Source of the DNA: Hypanus sabinus
Taxonomy: Eukaryota
Direction of reading: 5' to 3'
NCBI RefSeq assembly: GCF_030144855.1
Contig: NC_082713.1
Location: 51,088,001 to 51,152,000 of the forward strand
Length of the DNA: 64,000 nt
Part shown: piece after piece, positions 62,220 through 64,000 of the stretch
Layout of the letters: each line of letters starts with the position of its first letter
How positions within the stretch are numbered: position 1 is the first letter of the stretch
Translations under genes and position numbers: made by a program
The notes under the pieces: model-generated
Seen by the model: the letters and a program-made list of their open reading frames with translations, nothing else
Database searches by the model: none
What the model was told of the DNA's origin: nothing

Positions 62220-63362
62220 TAATATTTTATTTGTAATTTTCTACAAACTACAACGAAGAAAAGAAAATCAATAATATATAGAAGGCTCATTGCCATATAA
62301 ACAAAAATAACAATAATACATGTCTTAACAAATAAGCAAGTCACCCATAGTTAAAAAAAGAGAAAAAGAAAGAAAAGCACCCAATCCATCACCTATCCAA
62401 CCATTATATGAGATACACTTTTATTACCCCAGAACTACATATTGTAATAAAAAAAAAGTGGGGGGGGGGGGCAGCCTGCTACCTGATCAGGAAAAAACAA
62501 AAGTAAAAAAAAAAGCTGGAAATGTAGGGTCTGATTATCAAGGGAAAAAAGAACAAACACCTGTCAATCTATAAGAAACGCTTATAAGAAATTATCTATT
62601 CCAGCTTTACTTGGATTTGTTCTTCCTTGCCAATTGCCAAAATCTATTATTAATCCTGTAATCAGGCATACTCTGAGAATATGGGCTCAATTTAGAAAAT
62701 GCCTTGGACTTTATAGTTTTTCTCTCTCTAGTCCTATTCTATACAACCATTTATTTCAGCCGTCTATGCAGGATTCCACATTCCAAGACTGGTGTAGGAG
62801 AGATATCAGGCGTTTTGAAGATCTTTTTATAAACAATCGGTTTGCGTCTTTTGAACAGTTGTCTATAAAATTTAATTTACCGAATACTCATTTTTTAGAT
62901 ACCTTCAAGTTAGACATTTTATTAGCCCTTTAATACCACATTTTCCTGAACAACCTGATAAAAATGTTATAGACTTGTTTCTTCAAATGAACCCTTCGGG
63001 CAAAGGCGTAATTTCTACAATTCGTGTTAAATTTATGATTCTCAGACGAGCCCCTTGTGATAAAATTAAATTGTTATTTGGAACCTGATCCTTTGATCGC
63101 TCTTTTTGGTATTCTTCGAGACCCTGACAAGCATTTGACCCCGGCTAAACAACGAATATTGTCTTTTGCCTCTCTTCTAGCCAGACGAGCAGTACTTCTT
63201 AAATGGAGAGATGTAGTTCCCCCTACCCATGCTCAATGGCTTAGGGATATTATGTCTTGTTTAGATCTTGAAAAGATTCACTACTCACTTTCTAATTCGG
63301 ACATAAAGTTCCATAGGGTGTGGGGATCTTTTCTTGAATATTTTCATAACTCTCACCTAGAT
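62220..63362. mobile_element. 5'-inverted (twin-primed) truncated L1
   Basis: 17-bp TSD CAACATCACAACTTTTA (62203-62219, 63363-63379) at a TT|AAAA site; 3'UTR/poly(A) on the minus strand (62220 to about 62590) joined to ORF2 C-terminal coding sequence on the plus strand (62634..63380). Confidence 0.82.
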
Positions 63363-64000
63363 CAACATCACAACTTTTAAACAAGTCTCATTCAGTAACT
63401 TATCAGTCTTTGCAAAAATAATCAGTTGTTGCAGAAAATCAAATTCAGATCCTTCAAATGAAAATGAACTTAAACATCCAATCGTATTAAATTCTTATGC
63501 TATTAAACATTTCATTCCCACGCCTGATTCTTTAATCTTGGGTAGCTCGTCATCTTGTTTCTTGGTACTTTGGATGAAATAGTTGAGCATCCACAGAAAG
63601 TCGATTCACAAACTTTTATAAAAAAGCGTGACCTGTATACTACAGGATTACAATCTGTAAGTTTTTATGCACATTCTATTTTCTGTTTCAAAGTAACTCA
63701 GTATCACATTGTCATTTCCTAACATTTCTCAGTTACAACACGACTGAACGTATTTCATACACAAGTTATACACTCGGAATAGTAAAAGTTTTAACTCACC
63801 AAATCCCTTGGTATGATTTAACAGAACAAATTCCCTGTTACACAGTAGAGATCTTGGCACTCGTCTCTGCCAATATTGTCTCGTTACCACTGTAGCTTCA
63901 ACAGATTTTTTATCGCTATCGTCTCTCTTCCAGGGGTTTCACTGAGGTTTTCAAGTAAGTAGGGTAGAGATATTCACTACTAATTTCATTTTTAACTGTT

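Overview
This is AT-rich, transposon-dense vertebrate genomic DNA. The repeat mix (CR1, L1, Rex1/Babar, RTE, Penelope-like elements, Tc1, hAT, tRNA-SINEs) suggests a cartilaginous fish; that is an inference. The only protein-coding gene I can support is UTP14A (SSU-processome component) on the + strand. It has a CpG-island promoter near 10.4-11.0 kb and 11 GT-AG coding exons from ATG 10772 to 60004, which splice in frame to 610 aa; the gene continues past the window. Most other ORF-track entries are transposon debris or chance ORFs. Points of interest: (1) a family of Penelope-like elements and short fold-back derivatives with 13-15 bp TSDs that carry a minimal type I hammerhead ribozyme (reconstructed consensus CAGTC-CTGATGA-A-GGGTCTCGGCCC-GAAAC-GTC^GACTG), at least 7 copies, mostly intronic; (2) a full-length antisense L1 with TSDs inside a multi-layer nest in intron 2; (3) a hAT element carrying a solo LTR; (4) a twin-primed (5'-inverted) L1; (5) a CR1+Gypsy chimeric block bounded by a 12-bp direct repeat; (6) an overlapping uORF and a speculative divergent transcript at the promoter. 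No CRISPR array, rRNA or true tRNA gene was found. There is an assembly gap at 294-489.
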